Source of the DNA: Eledone cirrhosa | Taxonomy: Eukaryota | Length of the DNA: 64,000 bases | Direction: 5' to 3' | Assembly (NCBI GenBank): GCA_964016885.1 | Contig: OZ024761.1 | Coordinates: 5,890,001 to 5,954,000, forward strand | Shown: positions 60,900 to 64,000 of the stretch, piece after piece | Layout: every line of letters begins with the position of its first letter | Numbering within the stretch: position 1 is the first letter of the stretch | Program-made: the position numbers and the translations under genes | Notes under the pieces: model-generated | What the model was told of the DNA's origin: nothing | The model's database searches: none | Seen by the model: only the letters and a program-made list of their open reading frames with translations

Positions 60900-61170
60900 A
60901 ATCCATATAGCCTCCAGAGAACAACAATGACCTCCCCTCTTGTGGTTTTATTCAGAATATTCTTAAATCTCTCCTGCTTGCAAAAGATGATTCACATTAT
61001 TTATGACAATTACCAAGTCCCGTATAGTAACTGCTTCTTGTTTAATGCTATTTCTTCCATCCTCTCTGCCTCTATATAGTTGTTGTGAGTTGGTGGAGCG
61101 CCGATGTACTTGAAACATTCCAATATTGAATTTCATATTGTTTTATTCAGCTTATCTGTTATACGGTATT
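60900..61170 (-). pseudogene. Highly degraded CR1-like LINE RT C-terminal fragment
   Basis: YNR*AE*NNMKFNIGMFQV...IRDLVIV resembles the WA..NNM.FN..K...RDLG signature. Confidence 0.45.
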
Positions 61171-61469
61171 GTATAGAACATATAAAAATATATACGCATG
61201 GTGCGTGTATTTATATGTATGTATATACAAAATATAAAACAATTTTTATTTAATGCATTTAATTGCTGACGATCGTTTCTTCTGGAAGAAACGATCGTCA
61301 GTAATTAAATGCATTAAACATTTAATTGCATTATTTTATATTTCGTATTTCTGCTCTGTAATACATCAAATAATTTACATTGAGCTAATTCTCTTAGTGG
61401 TAGTTGGGTAATACAATATATTACCCTTTCGTAGTTATAATTGTATATAATTCATATATATAAGTATAA

Positions 61470-61642
61470 TGGTAGAGTGTCGGACACCATGCTTTCAGCA
61501 TAGAGTTACGTCATTTTACGGACTGAGTTCAAATCCCACCGAGGTTAACTTTGCCTTTCATCCTTACGGGGTCGATAAAATAAAGTACCAGTAATGTACT
61601 GGGTAATTACTGGCCTTGTGTCAAAAGTAGAAACAATTATTA
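61470..61642 (+). mobile_element. SINE family A
   Basis: GGTAGAGTGTCGGAC...GAGTTCAAATCC...GTAGAAACAATTATT. Confidence 0.85.
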
Positions 61643-61674
61643 ATATATATATATATTGATCTGCTGAAGTTCTG

Positions 61675-61745
<71 letters not shown>

Positions 61746-62351
61746 ATGTGTGTGTGTAAGAAAGTAACATTTTTTTGCAATATCCCACACGGTTAAAAAT
61801 ATAAGGAAAATAAATTGAAAATCAACTGTAAACTTTTAGGAATATTTATTTACTTTACCGGTTTCACAGTTTTTATGATTATGAAAAGTAAAATTGAGAT
61901 GGAAGGTTTGTGTTTCTGTCGTGGTCTGTCTTACATCTGACTGGAGTTCAAAAATACTTTCTTTTATACAAAAAAGTGGCTTAGATTGCTATTTGTTAAA
62001 AAATGTAATTTATTGGTTGATGACAGACAGTCACGCGATTTGGTACAGTAATTTTCGCGCCAGAAAAAAATGGCTTAAAATTGCTATTTGCCATTTTATT
62101 TGTTGGTGAGAGTCACGTGATTAGGCGTAGTAAGTTTTGCGTCAAAAGTAGATGGTCAGAGTCACGTGATTGAGTATAGTAAGTTTTGCACCAGAAAAGG
62201 ATGGTCAGAAAGTAAGAGAAGAGAAGAAAATGGGTGTCTTATGGTTGAGTGGCTGATGGCGTCGGAGGAACGTCAGGTTTTATGAGGTGTCACATTTCAG
62301 AATTCCTGTTGAAGTAGACTGGGAAACAATTGTACAAGGAATTGGTTTATA

Positions 62352-63295
62352 TGTCTGTAGTAGGATATTGTGGTGGGATATTGTGGGATATCGTAGTGGG
62401 TTATTGTGGTGGGATATTGTGGGATATCGTGGTGGGATATGGTGGTGGGTTGTGTGATATCGTGGTGGGATATTGTGGGATATCGTGGTGGGTTATTGTA
62501 GGATATCGTGGTGGGTTATTGTAGGATTTTGTGGTAGGATATTGTGGTGGGTTATTGTGGGATATCGTGGTGGGATATTGTGGGTTATTGTGGGGTATCG
62601 TGGTGGGTTATTGTAGGATTTTGTGGTGGGATATTGTGGGATATTGTGGTGGGTTATTGTGGGATATCGTGGTGGGTTATTGTGGGATATTGTGGTGGGT
62701 TATTGTGAGATATTATGGGATATTGTGGTGGGTTATTGTGGGATATTGTGGGATATTGTGGGATATTGTGGTGGGTTATTGTGGGATATTATGGGATATT
62801 GTGGGATATTGTGGTGGGTTATTGTGAGATATTATGGGATATTGTGGGATATTGTGGTGGGTTATTGTGGGATATTATGGGATATTGTGGGATATTGTGG
62901 TGGGTTATTGTGGGATATCGTGGTGGGTTATTGTGGGATATTGTGGTGGGTTATTGTGAGATATTATGGGATATTGTGGTGGGTTATTGTGGGATATTGT
63001 GGGATATTGTGGTGGGTTATTGTGGGATATTATGGGATATTGTGGGATATTGTGGTGGGTTATTGTGGGATATCGTGGGATATTGTGATGGGATATTGTG
63101 AGATATTATCGGATATTATGGTGGGTTATTGTGGGATTTTGTGGTGAGATATTGTTGTGGTGGGTTATTGCGGGATATCGTGGTGGGTTATTGTGGGATT
63201 TTGTGGGATATTGTGATGGGATATTGTGGGATATTGTGGTGGGATATTGTGGGATTTTGTGGTGGGATATTGTGAGATATTGTGGGATATTGTGT
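62352..63295. repeat. G-rich GGGATATTGT / GGTGGGTTATTGT minisatellite
   Basis: Directly visible. Confidence 0.9.
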
Positions 63296-63496
63296 TGCGA
63301 GACGTCTCTACGATTTCACTGACTTGTTTCGACTGGGAAAGTTGAAGTGAAACAGCTGCATATGGTAAGGAAGCCTACCTCTGGTGCTGAGCTCACCACT
63401 CTGTCATTAAACAATTGGGGAAAGTGAAGTAGTTACAACTGGGATGATGTCCGCAACTCACCATCACAATACTGAATGATACTAACACAAGACAAT

Positions 63497-63805
63497 GGGA
63501 TGGTGATGGTGGTGGTGTTGGTTGTTATGATTGTAGTGGTGGTGGTGGTGGTGATGATTATGATGTTAGTGGTGGTGGTGGTGTTGGTTGTTATGATTGT
63601 AGTGGTGGTGGTGGTGATGATTGTGATGTTAGTGGTGGTGGTGGTGTTGGTTGTTATGATTGTAGTTGTGGTGGTGGTGGTTGTGATGATTGTGATGTTA
63701 ATGGTGGTGGTGGTGTTGGTTGTTATGATTGTAGTGGTGGTGGTGGTGGTGATGATTGTAGTGGTGGTGGTGGTGGTGATGATTGTAATGTTAGTGGTGG
63801 TGGCG
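63497..63805. repeat. (GTG)/(GAT) compound repeat
   Basis: Directly visible. Confidence 0.85.
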
Positions 63806-64000
63806 GGGAGAAGTATTTTTTCAATCTCACCCTCTGGTATTTCAATTGCTTTCAAATACCACCACTTAATTAGATTAGTTAATGAAGCTCTCATGGAAAT
63901 CTAGAGCTACTTAATTAAGTGACTTGGAGAGTGATTAAATCACACGTGTCAACATTTACCCAAAGGTCTGTCGTCTGGCAGGAAATACACAGCTCCCTCG

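Overview
Eukaryotic, repeat-dominated animal DNA. The SINE types, RTE/Dong/Penelope-like content and huge (TA)n/(AC)n tracts suggest a cephalopod such as octopus (inference). No intact cellular gene is recognisable; nearly all long ORFs in the track are microsatellite artefacts. Real coding remnants are all transposon-derived: a Penelope-like (Neptune-type) RT, RTE-clade RT pieces, a Dong/R4-like C-terminus, a degraded CR1-like RT, an internally deleted mariner transposase and two Helitron fragments. There are also non-autonomous Helitrons, MITEs, two tRNA-derived SINE families and many mini/microsatellites. The main unannotated signal is about 20 type I hammerhead ribozyme (HHR) motifs (stem I - CUGANGA - stem II - GAAA - short stem III - NUH - stem I') in at least four short non-coding families. 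They sit in (TA)n/(AC)n tracts, often as fold-back palindromes with one outward-pointing ribozyme per arm. This looks like a Penelope-pLTR/retrozyme-like system. A near-perfect palindromic RFX X-box and a 51-bp minisatellite carrying an X-box-like site in each unit are also notable. All alignments and folds were done by eye.
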